Position numbers and translations under genes: made by a program
In this document: in pieces, positions 1 through 8,955 of the stretch
Numbering within the stretch: position 1 is the first letter of the stretch
How the letters are laid out: each line of letters begins with the position of its first letter
Source of the DNA: Candidatus Karelsulcia muelleri
GTDB taxonomy: Bacteria > Bacteroidota > Bacteroidia > Flavobacteriales > Blattabacteriaceae
DNA length: 32,000 nt
Reading direction: 5' to 3'
NCBI RefSeq assembly: GCF_022985615.1
Contig: NZ_CP094965.1
Coordinates: forward strand, 30,001 to 62,000
Notes under the pieces: generated by a model
Told to the model about the DNA's origin: nothing
Seen by the model: only the letters and a program-made list of their open reading frames with translations
Databases searched by the model: none

Positions 1-1318
1 TCTTTACTTTATATTTGTTTTTAAATTTAATTTGAATCGGGATTCCAATTAGATCAAAATTAGACCTTATTTTTTTTTCTAGAAATCTTTTATAAGACCT
101 AGGAATAAGTTTAGGATTATTGCTAAAAAAAAGGAATTTCTTAATACCTTTTTTTAAAATTGGTACGCAATATTTTATAGAAAGATTTCTACCATTACTT
201 AAATTTATTGTTTTTTTTTTTAATATCGGAAGCATAATTTTATTAAAATAACTTGTATTTATTTTTTGTTTTTGCTTTTTTATTATACTTATTGCTTGAT
301 TAAAAGCTTTAATAATATTTTGTTTGGAAAAATTAGATGTGAAATATATTGGCAGATCTGTAAATGGATAAATTTTTTTAATAATATTTTGTTTTAAATT
401 TTGTAAAATACTCTTTTTTTTAATAAGATCACATTTATTAATTAATATAATAATACCTTTAAAGGTATTTTTAATAATTTTAAATATCTTTATATCTTGT
501 TTTTGAAACCCTATTTTAGTATCTATTATTAAAAAACATAAGTCAGAATTGTAAATTGCTTGAGTCGTTCGAAGAAATGAAAAGTATTCGAGATCTTCCT
601 TTTTTCTTTTCTTTTTTATTATCCCAGCAGTATCAATCAAAATACATTTAAAATTAAATTTATTATAAATTACTTCTATGCAATCCCTAGTAGTACCTGG
701 AAGATCACAGACTATGCTTTGATTTTTATTTAATAAGGTATTAATTAAAGATGACTTGCCTACATTTTTCCTTCCTACTAAAGTAATCCTAGGTAAATTG
801 TAATTTTTTAATTTAATTAATATTTCTTTTTTATTAGAAAAAATATAATTTAATAATTCGTTAACCCCTTGTCCAGTTGAACCAGATAAAAAAAAATAAT
901 CATTAAATCCTAATTTTAAAATATCTTGTATTTCATAAATATCTGATTTATATTGATCAATTTTATTAACAGCTAGAAAAACTTTTTTTTTTGATCTTTG
1001 TAAGATATTAGATATCTTATAATCTATAGGTAATATTCCAGATAAAATATCTATTACAAATATTACATCGGTTGATTCTTCAATAGCAAATAAAAATTGC
1101 TCACATATTTTAATTTGTAAATCTTTCTTTCCAATTACATATCCTCCAGAATCTATCAGAGTAAACTTATTACCTTTCCATTTACAATCACAATATATCC
1201 TATCTCTGGTAACTCCACTCGAATAATGAGTAATTGCTTTACGGTAGCCTGCTAAATAATTAAAAAGGGTAGATTTTCCTACATTAGGCTGGCCTACTAT
1301 AGAAATTATTTTTTTCAT
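1..1318 (-). CDS. der: GTPase Der (EngA), runs off left edge
   Basis: Minus strand from ATG at 1318 reads MKKIISIVGQPNVGKSTLFNYLAGYRKAITHYSSGVTRDRIYCDCKWKGNKFTLIDSGGY (Walker A plus G-motifs); the left end resembles the Der C-terminus (LIGIPIQIKFKNK). Absent from the ORF track, presumably because it is open at the edge. Confidence 0.93.
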   Translation of the reverse strand, partial: MKKIISIVGQPNVGKSTLFNYLAGYRKAITHYSSGVTRDRIYCDCKWKGNKFTLIDSGGYVIGKKDLQIKICEQFLFAIEESTDVIFVIDILSGILPIDYKISNILQRSKKKVFLAVNKIDQYKSDIYEIQDILKLGFNDYFFLSGSTGQGVNELLNYIFSNKKEILIKLKNYNLPRITLVGRKNVGKSSLINTLLNKNQSIVCDLPGTTRDCIEVIYNKFNFKCILIDTAGIIKKKRKKEDLEYFSFLRTTQAIYNSDLCFLIIDTKIGFQKQDIKIFKIIKNTFKGIIILINKCDLIKKKSILQNLKQNIIKKIYPFTDLPIYFTSNFSKQNIIKAFNQAISIIKKQKQKINTSYFNKIMLPILKKKTINLSNGRNLSIKYCVPILKKGIKKFLFFSNNPKLIPRSYKRFLEKKIRSNFDLIGIPIQIKFKNKYKVK

Positions 1319-1345
1319 GACTAGTTGAAAAAATTAATAATTTAA

Positions 1346-1510
1346 ATTAAAATTCCGATTGTAGGTACTGGGAATATTGGTGGTGCTTGTGCAAGTTTAA
1401 TAGCTGCTAAGGATATAGTTAATAATATTATTTTGTTAGAATATGGTTTAAATAATGTTTTCTTAGGTATCCCAGTAATTTGAGTAAAAAAAGGAATATT
1501 ATTGAATTAA
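1346..1510 (+). pseudogene. malate dehydrogenase remnant (N-terminal and C-terminal pieces fused by internal deletion)
   Basis: Frame from 1346: IKIPIVGTGNIGGACASLIAAKDIVNNIILLE (Rossmann N-terminus of MDH) runs directly into YGLNNVFLGIPVI*VKKGILLN*, resembling the MDH C-terminal block. No ATG and an in-frame TGA. Confidence 0.6.
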
Positions 1511-1540
1511 AACTTAATAAAGAATTTAATTAGATAATAT

Positions 1541-2389
1541 TTAAATAATATGTTTATAGGCATTATAAGAACTTCTAACTAATGGATTGCTTTCAACATA
1601 TAAAAAGCCCATTTCTAAAGCTAGATTTTTGTAGTATTTAAATTTATGAGGCGTAATAAAGCTTTGAACTGGGTAATGTTTTGAAGTAGGGGCTAGATAT
1701 TGACCTATTGTTAATATATCAATATTGGCTTTTTTTATAGCTTTCAAAGTATTTATTACTTCTACTTCTGTTTCACCTAATCCTAGCATAATACCAGTTT
1801 TAGTTCTTATGTCGCTTTTTTTTTTTATATATTTTAAAATAGATAAGCTTCTATCATATTTAGCCTGAATACGTACTTTTTTTGTTAATCTAGGTACAGT
1901 TTCTAAATTATGAGAAATAATTTCTGGGTGTTCCTTAATTATTAGTGCAATTTTTTTTTTATGCCCTTTAAAATCTGGTATTAAGGCTTCTATAGTCGAA
2001 TTAGAGATTTTTTTAATTTCTCTTATTGTTTTAATCCATATTTTTATTCCCATATCTTTTAAATCATCTCTATTAACTGAAGTCAAAACAACGTGTTTAA
2101 TTTCCATTTTTTTTACTGTCTTTGCAATTTTATAAGGTTCTAACACATTTATTTTTTTAGGTTTTCCAGTTTTTATCGCACAAAATTTGCAAGATCTAGT
2201 ACATATATTTCCTAATAAAAGAAAACTTAACACTCCATTTTTCCAACAAATTCCAAGATTAGGACAATCACTACTTTTACAAATTGTATTTAAGCTTTCT
2301 TTTATTAGTAAATTATTAATATTATCATACTTTCCTCCAATCGGTAATCTAACTTTTAACCAAATTGGTTTATTTTTATTAAAATTCAT
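1541..2389 (-). CDS. lipA: lipoyl synthase, radical SAM
   Basis: CTRSCKFCAI radical-SAM cysteines, the upstream CPNLGICW cluster, and MLGLGETEVEV. Confidence 0.96.
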   Translation of the reverse strand: MNFNKNKPIWLKVRLPIGGKYDNINNLLIKESLNTICKSSDCPNLGICWKNGVLSFLLLGNICTRSCKFCAIKTGKPKKINVLEPYKIAKTVKKMEIKHVVLTSVNRDDLKDMGIKIWIKTIREIKKISNSTIEALIPDFKGHKKKIALIIKEHPEIISHNLETVPRLTKKVRIQAKYDRSLSILKYIKKKSDIRTKTGIMLGLGETEVEVINTLKAIKKANIDILTIGQYLAPTSKHYPVQSFITPHKFKYYKNLALEMGFLYVESNPLVRSSYNAYKHII

Positions 2390-2416
2390 AATAAATAAAA
2401 CCTCATAATAAGAAAA

Positions 2417-3199
2417 ATGAAAACTAATTCAAGGATTGAATCCCAATTAAAATACATATATAGATTACAATTAATTCATTTGCGTTTGAAATATTTAAAT
2501 TATATAATAAATAGATTTCCAGTCTTTATTATAAGATTTCTTTTGTTTTTAAAACAAAAAAAAAGATATCTATTCTTTTTAACACAAAGACTAAAAAATA
2601 AAAAAAAACTTTTAAGAAGTAATTCAAAATTAAATATATATAAAAAAAAAATTATACAACTTTTAAAATTACTTCCAAAGCAAAAAAAATTACTTCCAAA
2701 GCAAAAACTAAAACTAAAGAAGTTGGAGATGGATATAGAATATAATTATATTAATTTTCTTTTAAAAAAAAGAAGAAATTTAAAGAAAAAGAATAACTTG
2801 ATTATTAATTCAATAAAAATCAAACAAATTAAAAAATATATTAGGATTAAAGAACTCAGATTTAAAAGTAAAATTATAAATTATAAACAAAAAAAAGAAA
2901 AAATTAATAAAAAGATTATCTTTTTAAAAGAAATTGAAAAGAAAATAAAAAAAAAGATTAATAACAATTTATTAAAAAGATATAAACAGATTATTTCTAT
3001 AAGTGGAATAGCAGTAGTCCCAGTTTATAAAAAGATACCATTTGGTACATATATATTAATTACTCAACAAAAATATTATGAATTATTAGAAAGAAAAAAA
3101 ATAATTATTGAAGAAATTAGTGGGAGAATACTAATAGATTTTTATTTAGCTAATAAAGAAAATAATAATATGAAGAAAATATTATTTAATTTTTATTAG
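2417..3199 (+). CDS. DUF164 / C4-type zinc-ribbon-like coiled-coil protein, cysteine-less flavobacterial form
   Basis: N-terminal LKYIYRLQLIHLRL, lysine-rich coiled coil, C-terminal SGIAVVPVYKKIPFGTYILITQQKYYELLERKKIIIEEISGRILID matching the family block without its zinc cysteines. Confidence 0.72.
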   Translation: MKTNSRIESQLKYIYRLQLIHLRLKYLNYIINRFPVFIIRFLLFLKQKKRYLFFLTQRLKNKKKLLRSNSKLNIYKKKIIQLLKLLPKQKKLLPKQKLKLKKLEMDIEYNYINFLLKKRRNLKKKNNLIINSIKIKQIKKYIRIKELRFKSKIINYKQKKEKINKKIIFLKEIEKKIKKKINNNLLKRYKQIISISGIAVVPVYKKIPFGTYILITQQKYYELLERKKIIIEEISGRILIDFYLANKENNNMKKILFNFY

Positions 3200-3275
3200 A
3201 ACTTTTTTTTTTCTTTTTAAAACTCTAAAGCCAATTTTTCTTATTTATTTTGGATGGATTATATGTACGTTTCAT

Positions 3276-3340
3276 ACTATACTATACTATACTATACTAT
3301 ACTATACTATACTATACTATACTATACTATACTATACTAT
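3276..3340. repeat. (ACTAT)x13 perfect pentanucleotide array
   Basis: Direct reading of an uninterrupted actat array. Confidence 0.97.
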
Positions 3341-3560
3341 AAATAAATAGAATACTATAGTATAGTATACTAATACTAATTATACTAATAGATAATAGAT
3401 AGTATAGTATACTAATACTAATACTAATACTAATAGATAATAGATAATACATTACATTATAATAGATAGTATAGTATACTAATAGTAATACTAAGACTAC
3501 TAAGACTAAGACTAATAGTAATAGTAATAGATAGATAGTATACTATTACTATTACTATAA
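3341..3560. repeat. degenerate array of actaat / agtata / gataat words
   Basis: Repeated tatagtatactaatac, actaatagataatagata and related words up to the peroxiredoxin start. Confidence 0.85.
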
Positions 3561-3576
3561 ATAGTATTAATTATAT

Positions 3577-4206
3577 ATGAATACTTTAATAGGAAAAAAA
3601 GCTCCAAATTTTAAGGCGACAGCAGTTTTAAATGGAAATTCAATAGTAAATAATTTTACTTTAGAAAACTTTATAGGCAAGTACGTAGTTTTATTTTTTT
3701 ATCCTAAAGATTTTACTTTTGTATGTCCCACTGAATTACATTCGTTTCAAGAAAAAAAGGATATTTTTTGCAGAAAAAATGTTAAATTAATAGCCGTTTC
3801 TATAGATTCTGAATATACCCATTTAGCTTGGTTACAAATTTCGAAAAAAAAAGGTGGAATTAAAGGAGTAAATTTTACTATAGTTTCTGATATAAATAAA
3901 ACTATTTCTTATTCGTATGGTGTTTTAAGTGGTAATTGGAAAATTAATAAAAAAGCTGAATTAAAAGTTAAAGGAGGTGAGTTAATCGCCTATAGAGGTT
4001 TATTTATAATAGACAAAAAAGGAATTATAAGACATCAATTGATAAATGATTTCCCTTTAGGAAGAAATGTAGACGAGGTAATTAGAATAATAGATGCTTT
4101 GCAATTTTTTGAAACACATGGTGAAGTTTGTCCTGCAAACTGGAAGACGGGAGAAAAAGGTATTAAACCTACTAAAGATGGAATAATTAATTATTGGAAT
4201 GAATAA
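3577..4206 (+). CDS. 2-Cys peroxiredoxin (AhpC/TSA family)
   Basis: Peroxidatic motif DFTFVCPTELHSFQE and resolving motif GEVCPANWKTGEKGIKPT. Confidence 0.95.
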   Translation: MNTLIGKKAPNFKATAVLNGNSIVNNFTLENFIGKYVVLFFYPKDFTFVCPTELHSFQEKKDIFCRKNVKLIAVSIDSEYTHLAWLQISKKKGGIKGVNFTIVSDINKTISYSYGVLSGNWKINKKAELKVKGGELIAYRGLFIIDKKGIIRHQLINDFPLGRNVDEVIRIIDALQFFETHGEVCPANWKTGEKGIKPTKDGIINYWNE

Positions 4207-4392
4207 TTAATTAATTAATTATTGTAATGAATAATTAATTAATTATTGTATTGTATTGTAATGAATATTATATTATATTATTGTAATGAATAATTAATTA
4301 TTGTAATGAATAATTAATTATTGTATTGTATTGTATTTGTATTGTATTGTAATGAATATTATATTATATAATTAATTATTGGAATAATTAAT
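4205..4392. repeat. interspersed attgtaatgaataattaatt / attgtattgtaatgaatatt repeats
   Basis: Multiple near-identical copies between the peroxiredoxin stop and tRNA-Leu. Confidence 0.85.
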
Positions 4393-4394
4393 TA

Positions 4395-4477
4395 TACCTG
4401 GAGTGGGATTTGAACCCACAAGATTTTTAATCACTGAATTTTGAGTTCAGCGTGTCTACCCATTTCACCATCCAGGC
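4395..4477 (-). tRNA. tRNA-Leu(CAA)
   Basis: Cloverleaf GCCTGGA...TCCAGGT with anticodon arm CTGAA-CTCAAAA-TTCAG, a long variable arm and GTGGGTTCAAATCCCAC. Confidence 0.92.
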
Positions 4478-4481
4478 TATA

Positions 4482-4565
4482 TGCGGATAAAGGGATTCGA
4501 ACCCTTATATCTTTTTAGATACTAGATTCTAAGTCTAGCGTGTCTACCCATTTCACCATATCCGC
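4482..4565 (-). tRNA. tRNA-Leu(TAG)
   Basis: Acceptor GCGGATA/TATCCGC, anticodon arm CTAGA-CTTAGAA-TCTAG, long variable arm, AAGGGTTCGAATCCCTT. Confidence 0.93.
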
Positions 4566-4568
4566 AAA

Positions 4569-4658
4569 TTATTTCTTTTTATGTCTATTTTTTCGGCTTT
4601 GTTTTTTTCTTTTATGTGTTGCTATTTTTTTTCTTTTTCTTTTTTTGCCATTTGGCAT
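4569..4658 (-). CDS. 29-aa AURKAIP1/COX24-domain basic ribosome-associated micro-protein
   Basis: Manual translation MPNGKKRKRKKIATHKRKKQSRKNRHKKK*, matching the short basic MP(S/N)GKKRKRHK(x)ATHKRKKR...RHKKK proteins of Bacteroidota. Below the ORF-track size cutoff. Confidence 0.82.
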   Translation of the reverse strand: MPNGKKRKRKKIATHKRKKQSRKNRHKKK

Positions 4659-4943
4659 TTTAATAAAAAATTTTTAGTTATTAATTAATTATTTAATTTT
4701 ATTTACTATTTAAACTACTGTAAATTGACTAGCTTTAATTTTATTAATTTAAATTACGTTAATAATAAATTTATTTATTTTAGAAAATTGTCCAGTATTT
4801 TCTTCTATCACTACTTTTTACAAAGTCTTTATTTACATTTATGAAGTAAATTCAGATGATGACTTTAAAGAATTACTATAATTTAATAATTAATTACTAG
4901 AATTTAAGAATTTAAAGAATAAGGGAAATTGTTTACCAATCAG

Positions 4944-5900
4944 TTAATTACATTCGAAAGCTTTTCTAACTTCAGAAATAGTAGAATTGACTATTTGTTT
5001 CATTTTTTTAGCCCCTTTTTTAAAAATTGTTTCTAACTTATTTTTTCTTTTTATGTAGTATTTATATAAATTACGTTCTCTTTTAAATTTATTGATTATC
5101 AACCTATATAATTCTTCTTTTGCATGTTCGTATCCCATTTTAAAATTATTTTTTATTTTTTCTTTTTTTTCTTTCCCTGCTAAGCTTATATATATATTGT
5201 ATAAATTATCTTTTAATAGTTCTTTTTTATTAGTTGAAAAGTTTTTTTGTGTCTTAATTTTCAGTATTTGTTTTTTTATTTCTTTTTTAGAGGCAAAAAG
5301 ATCTATAATGTTATTTTTAGTTTTACTCATTTTTGATCCATCTGTACCGGGTATTAAATTTTCAATTACTATTGCTTGAGGAAGTGGAAATATTTTTTTT
5401 ATATTATTTATTTTTTTTGCTATTTTTCTAGCTATTTCTAAGTGCTGTAGTTGATCTTTTCCTACTAATACTAGTTCTGCTTTACTTATTAATATATCAG
5501 CAGCCATTAAAATTGGATATGTTAATATTCCTGTATTTATTGTTTTTTTTTTTTTTACATTTTCTTTAAAAGAATGTACTAATTTTAATCTATTATATGG
5601 ATATATAATACTAAAAAACCATAATAATTCAGTAACTTCTGGAATATCAGATTGTCGATAAAAAAGAAATTTTTTATAATCTATTCCACAAGCTAACCAA
5701 ACAGCTAAAATTTTGTAGGCATTTTTTTTATTATTTTTAATATATTTTAAATTCGTAATAGAATGAAGGTTAGCAATTAAAATAAATTGATTTTTAAACT
5801 TTTCATTCTTTGTTAAAAATATAGTAGGGTAAATAACTCCTATCACATTACCCAAATGTGGACGACCAGTACTTTTAATACCAGTTAAAAAATTATACAT
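4944..5900 (-). CDS. trpS: tryptophanyl-tRNA synthetase
   Basis: TGIKSTGRPHLGNVIG, ILMAADILISKAELVLVGKDQLQHLE, GSDGSKMSKTKNN. Confidence 0.96.
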   Translation of the reverse strand: MYNFLTGIKSTGRPHLGNVIGVIYPTIFLTKNEKFKNQFILIANLHSITNLKYIKNNKKNAYKILAVWLACGIDYKKFLFYRQSDIPEVTELLWFFSIIYPYNRLKLVHSFKENVKKKKTINTGILTYPILMAADILISKAELVLVGKDQLQHLEIARKIAKKINNIKKIFPLPQAIVIENLIPGTDGSKMSKTKNNIIDLFASKKEIKKQILKIKTQKNFSTNKKELLKDNLYNIYISLAGKEKKEKIKNNFKMGYEHAKEELYRLIINKFKRERNLYKYYIKRKNKLETIFKKGAKKMKQIVNSTISEVRKAFECN

Positions 5901-5965
5901 TGGTTTTCTTACATTAGAAAATTAATAAGATAAAATAATGGTTTTGTTAAAAAAAAAACTAATAT

Positions 5966-6018
5966 TAGTGTATAGTGTATAGTGTATAGTGTATAGTGTA
6001 TAGTGTATAGTGTATAGT
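5966..6018. repeat. (TAGTGTA)x7.6 heptanucleotide array upstream of frr
   Basis: Direct reading. Confidence 0.95.
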
Positions 6019-6039
6019 ATAGAAAATAAAAAAAGAGAA

Positions 6040-6573
6040 ATGAAAAAAGAAATTAAAGAAAAAATGAATAAAATTTTATATTATTATAAAAACAAACTTT
6101 CTAAAATTAGAATAGGAAAAGCAAATACAGAGATGTTAGACGATATTACTGTAGAATATTATAAAAATCAAGTTCCTTTATATCATTTATCAAGCATAGA
6201 AGTAATAAATTCAAAAACTATATTAATTAAGCCATGGGAAAAAAACAAATTGTCTGTAATCGAAAAAAGTATAATTAAATCAAACCTAGGTATTATTCCA
6301 ATTAATAAGGGGAAATTACTAAAATTAGTAATTCCAAGTTTAACAGAAGAAAGGAGGAAAGAAATAATTAAAAGTAATAATCTAAAATTAGAAAAAGCTA
6401 AAATTAGTTTAAGAAATATAAGAAAAGCTTATAATAAGAAAATAATGAAAGAGTTTACTGAAAAAGATTTAATTGAAAAATATAAAAATGAGGTGCATGA
6501 AGCAACTAAAGAATCTATTTATAAAATAGAAAAAATATTTGAAAATAAAAATAAAGAAATACTTAAAATATAG
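6040..6573 (+). CDS. frr: ribosome recycling factor
   Basis: KLSKIRIGKANTEMLDDITVEYYKNQVPL and IPSLTEERRKEI. The tracked GTG start at 6010 lies inside the heptanucleotide array; ATG 6040 is more plausible. Confidence 0.95.
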   Translation: MKKEIKEKMNKILYYYKNKLSKIRIGKANTEMLDDITVEYYKNQVPLYHLSSIEVINSKTILIKPWEKNKLSVIEKSIIKSNLGIIPINKGKLLKLVIPSLTEERRKEIIKSNNLKLEKAKISLRNIRKAYNKKIMKEFTEKDLIEKYKNEVHEATKESIYKIEKIFENKNKEILKI

Positions 6574-7893
6574 ATGTGCAATACGATAAGATCTATTTTA
6601 AAAAAAAATACGAATTTAATAAACAAAAAAATAGTTGTAAATGGGTGGGTAAAACATATAAGATCAAATAAATTAAAAAAGTTTGTGATAATAAACGATG
6701 GTTCAACCATAAGAAATTTACAAATTATAGTAAAAACTGAAAACCGAAAACTTAATAGAGGGACTTTTTTAAAAGTAAAAGGCAAAATAGTATTAAGCAA
6801 AGGCAATAAACAAATTATTGAGCTTTTAGCAAAAAACATAATAATCTATGGCTTATTCAAAAAGAAAGATTTTCAAAAGACCATATTGCAACCGAAAAAA
6901 CATAGTTTTAATAAATTAAGACAACAAGCTTATTTAAGATTTCGTACTAATTTATTTAGTACAATAATGAGGGTTAGACATAATGTCTCTTACCTAATTC
7001 ATAAATATTTCAATAAAAGGGGGTTTTATAATATTCAAACCCCTATAATTACTAATTATGATACAGAAGGGCATAGTAACCTTTTTAAGGTAACTACTTT
7101 AAAGTCAGATTTTTTTGGAGAAAAGGCATTTTTAACAGTTTCTGGACAATTGCATGGTGAATCTGCTGCATTAGGTTTAGGAAAAATTTATACTTTTGGC
7201 CCTATTTTTAGAGCCGAAAATTCAAATACTCCTAGACATTTGGCAGAATTTTGGATGGTAGAACCAGAAGTAGCTTTTTTTAATTTAAAACATAATATGT
7301 ATTTAGCTGAGCATTTTATTAAATATATACTTAAAAATATTATTAAATTATCTTATGAGGATTTATTATTTTTGGATAAAGAAAATAAAATATTTAATAA
7401 TATTAATTTAATATTAAAGAAAGAATTTAAAAGAATAACTTACTCAAAAGCCATTAAAATTCTAAGTAAAAATGGGTATAAAATTAAATGGGGAAAAGAT
7501 TTAAAGTCAGAACATGAAAAATTTTTAGTAGAAAATTATTTTAATTCCCCGATAATTATATTTGATTATCCAATTGATTTAAAACCATTTTATATGAGAA
7601 TAAATAAAGACAAGAAAACAGTATCAGCAATGGATATTATTTTTCCATCTGTTGGTGAAATTATTGGGGGTTCACAAAGAGAAGAAAGATATAAAATACT
7701 ATTATCACAAATTAAATATTTTAAATTAAAAAAAAAAGATCTAGAATGGTATATTAATACTCGAAAATTTGGAACTGTTCCACACAGTGGTTTTGGATTA
7801 GGTTTTGATAGACTAATTCAATTCATTACAAATATGAAAAATATAAGAGAGGTAATACCATTTCCAAGATCTCCCAAAAATATTTATACATAA
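6574..7893 (+). CDS. asnS: asparaginyl-tRNA synthetase
   Basis: OB-fold NGWVKHIRSN, class II motif FRAENSNTPRHLAEFWMVEPEVAF, C-terminal GFGLGFDRLIQFITNMKNIREVIPFPRSP. Confidence 0.97.
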   Translation: MCNTIRSILKKNTNLINKKIVVNGWVKHIRSNKLKKFVIINDGSTIRNLQIIVKTENRKLNRGTFLKVKGKIVLSKGNKQIIELLAKNIIIYGLFKKKDFQKTILQPKKHSFNKLRQQAYLRFRTNLFSTIMRVRHNVSYLIHKYFNKRGFYNIQTPIITNYDTEGHSNLFKVTTLKSDFFGEKAFLTVSGQLHGESAALGLGKIYTFGPIFRAENSNTPRHLAEFWMVEPEVAFFNLKHNMYLAEHFIKYILKNIIKLSYEDLLFLDKENKIFNNINLILKKEFKRITYSKAIKILSKNGYKIKWGKDLKSEHEKFLVENYFNSPIIIFDYPIDLKPFYMRINKDKKTVSAMDIIFPSVGEIIGGSQREERYKILLSQIKYFKLKKKDLEWYINTRKFGTVPHSGFGLGFDRLIQFITNMKNIREVIPFPRSPKNIYT

Positions 7894-7916
7894 TTCAGAC
7901 TAGGGAAATTTTGATA

Positions 7917-7991
7917 GGTCTCATAGCTCAGTTTGGTTAGAGCACTTGACTCATAATCAAGAAGTCGTTGGTTCAAATCCAGCTGAGACCA
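7917..7991 (+). tRNA. tRNA with CAT anticodon (elongator Met or lysidine-modified Ile2)
   Basis: Acceptor GGTCTCA/TGAGACC, anticodon arm CTTGA-CTCATAA-TCAAG, GTTGGTTCAAATCCAGC. The paired acceptor end argues against initiator tRNA. Confidence 0.9.
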
Positions 7992-8021
7992 CGAAATGTC
8001 GAAATAATTTTACTGAACTTT

Positions 8022-8354
8022 ATGAAAGCTTGTTTTGAAGCTTTAGGTAACCAGTTTGTGGCCATAAAAGAGAAAGATTTATATATACCTTTTTTAAAAT
8101 TAGAAAAAATAGGCCAACAAATTTTGTTCCAAAAAATTATATTATTTATGAATAATGGCAAGGTTAAAATAGGAAGACCATATTTGAAGAATATTTACAT
8201 TTTAGCAGAAGTAATTAGTCATAGGAAAGAAAAAAAAATTATTGTTTTTAAAAAAAAAAGAAGAAAAGGGTATAAACTGAAAAAAGGTCATCGCCAAAAG
8301 ATGACTAAAATAAAAATTATTTCGATAGTAAAAAAAAGAATACATGGCTCATAA
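8022..8354 (+). CDS. rplU: 50S ribosomal protein L21
   Basis: [25 protein letters not shown]...IGRPYLKN...[25 protein letters not shown]. The tracked start at 7968 overlaps the tRNA; ATG 8022 is preferred. Confidence 0.94.
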   Translation: MKACFEALGNQFVAIKEKDLYIPFLKLEKIGQQILFQKIILFMNNGKVKIGRPYLKNIYILAEVISHRKEKKIIVFKKKRRKGYKLKKGHRQKMTKIKIISIVKKRIHGS

Positions 8355-8601
8355 AAAAGGAGTTGGAAGTTCGAGAAATGGACGTGATTCTCGAAGTAAA
8401 CGCTTAGGGGTAAAAAAATATGGTGGCCACATAGTTAAACCAGGAAATATAATTGTAAAACAACGTGGTTCGAAATTTTTACCTCTACAAAATGTTTACA
8501 TGAGCAAAGATTATTCTATACATTCTTATATTTATGGAAAGGTTTTTTTTAAAAAAAAAGGAATAAAAAAATTTATATCAGTTTTATCGTTAGATAAATA
8601 A
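8344..8601 (+). CDS. rpmA: 50S ribosomal protein L27
   Basis: [28 protein letters not shown]...[12 protein letters not shown]. Confidence 0.98.
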   Translation: MAHKKGVGSSRNGRDSRSKRLGVKKYGGHIVKPGNIIVKQRGSKFLPLQNVYMSKDYSIHSYIYGKVFFKKKGIKKFISVLSLDK

Positions 8602-8606
8602 CTGAA

Positions 8607-8914
8607 GGGGCTGATTTGGTTTTGACATCAAGTAAATATAATAAGATAGCATATCGTGAAATGTAATGTAATCACGTAAAAAATTCCTTACAAAAAACTA
8701 AATGGCAAAAATTACTCTCTTAAGCTTGCAGCTTAAAAATTTTGTTCTAATTTAATTTTGTTCTAATTTTGTTGTGTCTAATTTTAGGGCTTATAACTAA
8801 AATTAGAACTTACTACTTTATAAGCTAACTTTATAAGCTAACTTTATAAGCTAAATATGTAGAACTCTTATTATATTACTTGTTTGGACACGGGTTCGAT
8901 TCCCGTCAGCTCCA
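8607..8914 (+). ncRNA. ssrA: tmRNA
   Basis: 5' GGGGCTGATTTGGTTTTGACA pairs with 3' CACGGGTTCGATTCCCGTCAGCTCCA. Tag ORF ends ...KKLNGKNYSLKLAA* (AA-stop at 8728-8736). Confidence 0.95.
8815..8853. repeat. 3 x 13-bp tandem repeat (actttataagcta) inside tmRNA
   Basis: Direct reading. Confidence 0.95.
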
Positions 8915-8915
8915 T

Positions 8916-8951
8916 AAAATGTCCCATAAAGATAAAATGTCCCATAAAGAT
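8916..8951. repeat. 2 x 18-bp tandem repeat (aaaatgtcccataaagat) in rpsF leader
   Basis: Direct reading; immediately 5' of the rpsF start. Confidence 0.96.
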
Positions 8952-8955
8952 AAAG

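Noticed and set aside
4670-4943. Possible degraded gene upstream of the micro-ORF
   Set aside because: Short fragments such as VIEENTGQF were seen but are too short and stop-riddled to assign to any family.
5092-5379. Plus-strand ORF opposite trpS
   Set aside because: Antisense shadow of a well-supported gene; low-complexity hydrophobic translation with no recognisable motif.
7968-8021. Upstream extension of rplU into the tRNA(CAT)
   Set aside because: The extra N-terminus is translated tRNA sequence; the internal ATG at 8022 fits better, though L21 still lacks a perfect N-terminal match.
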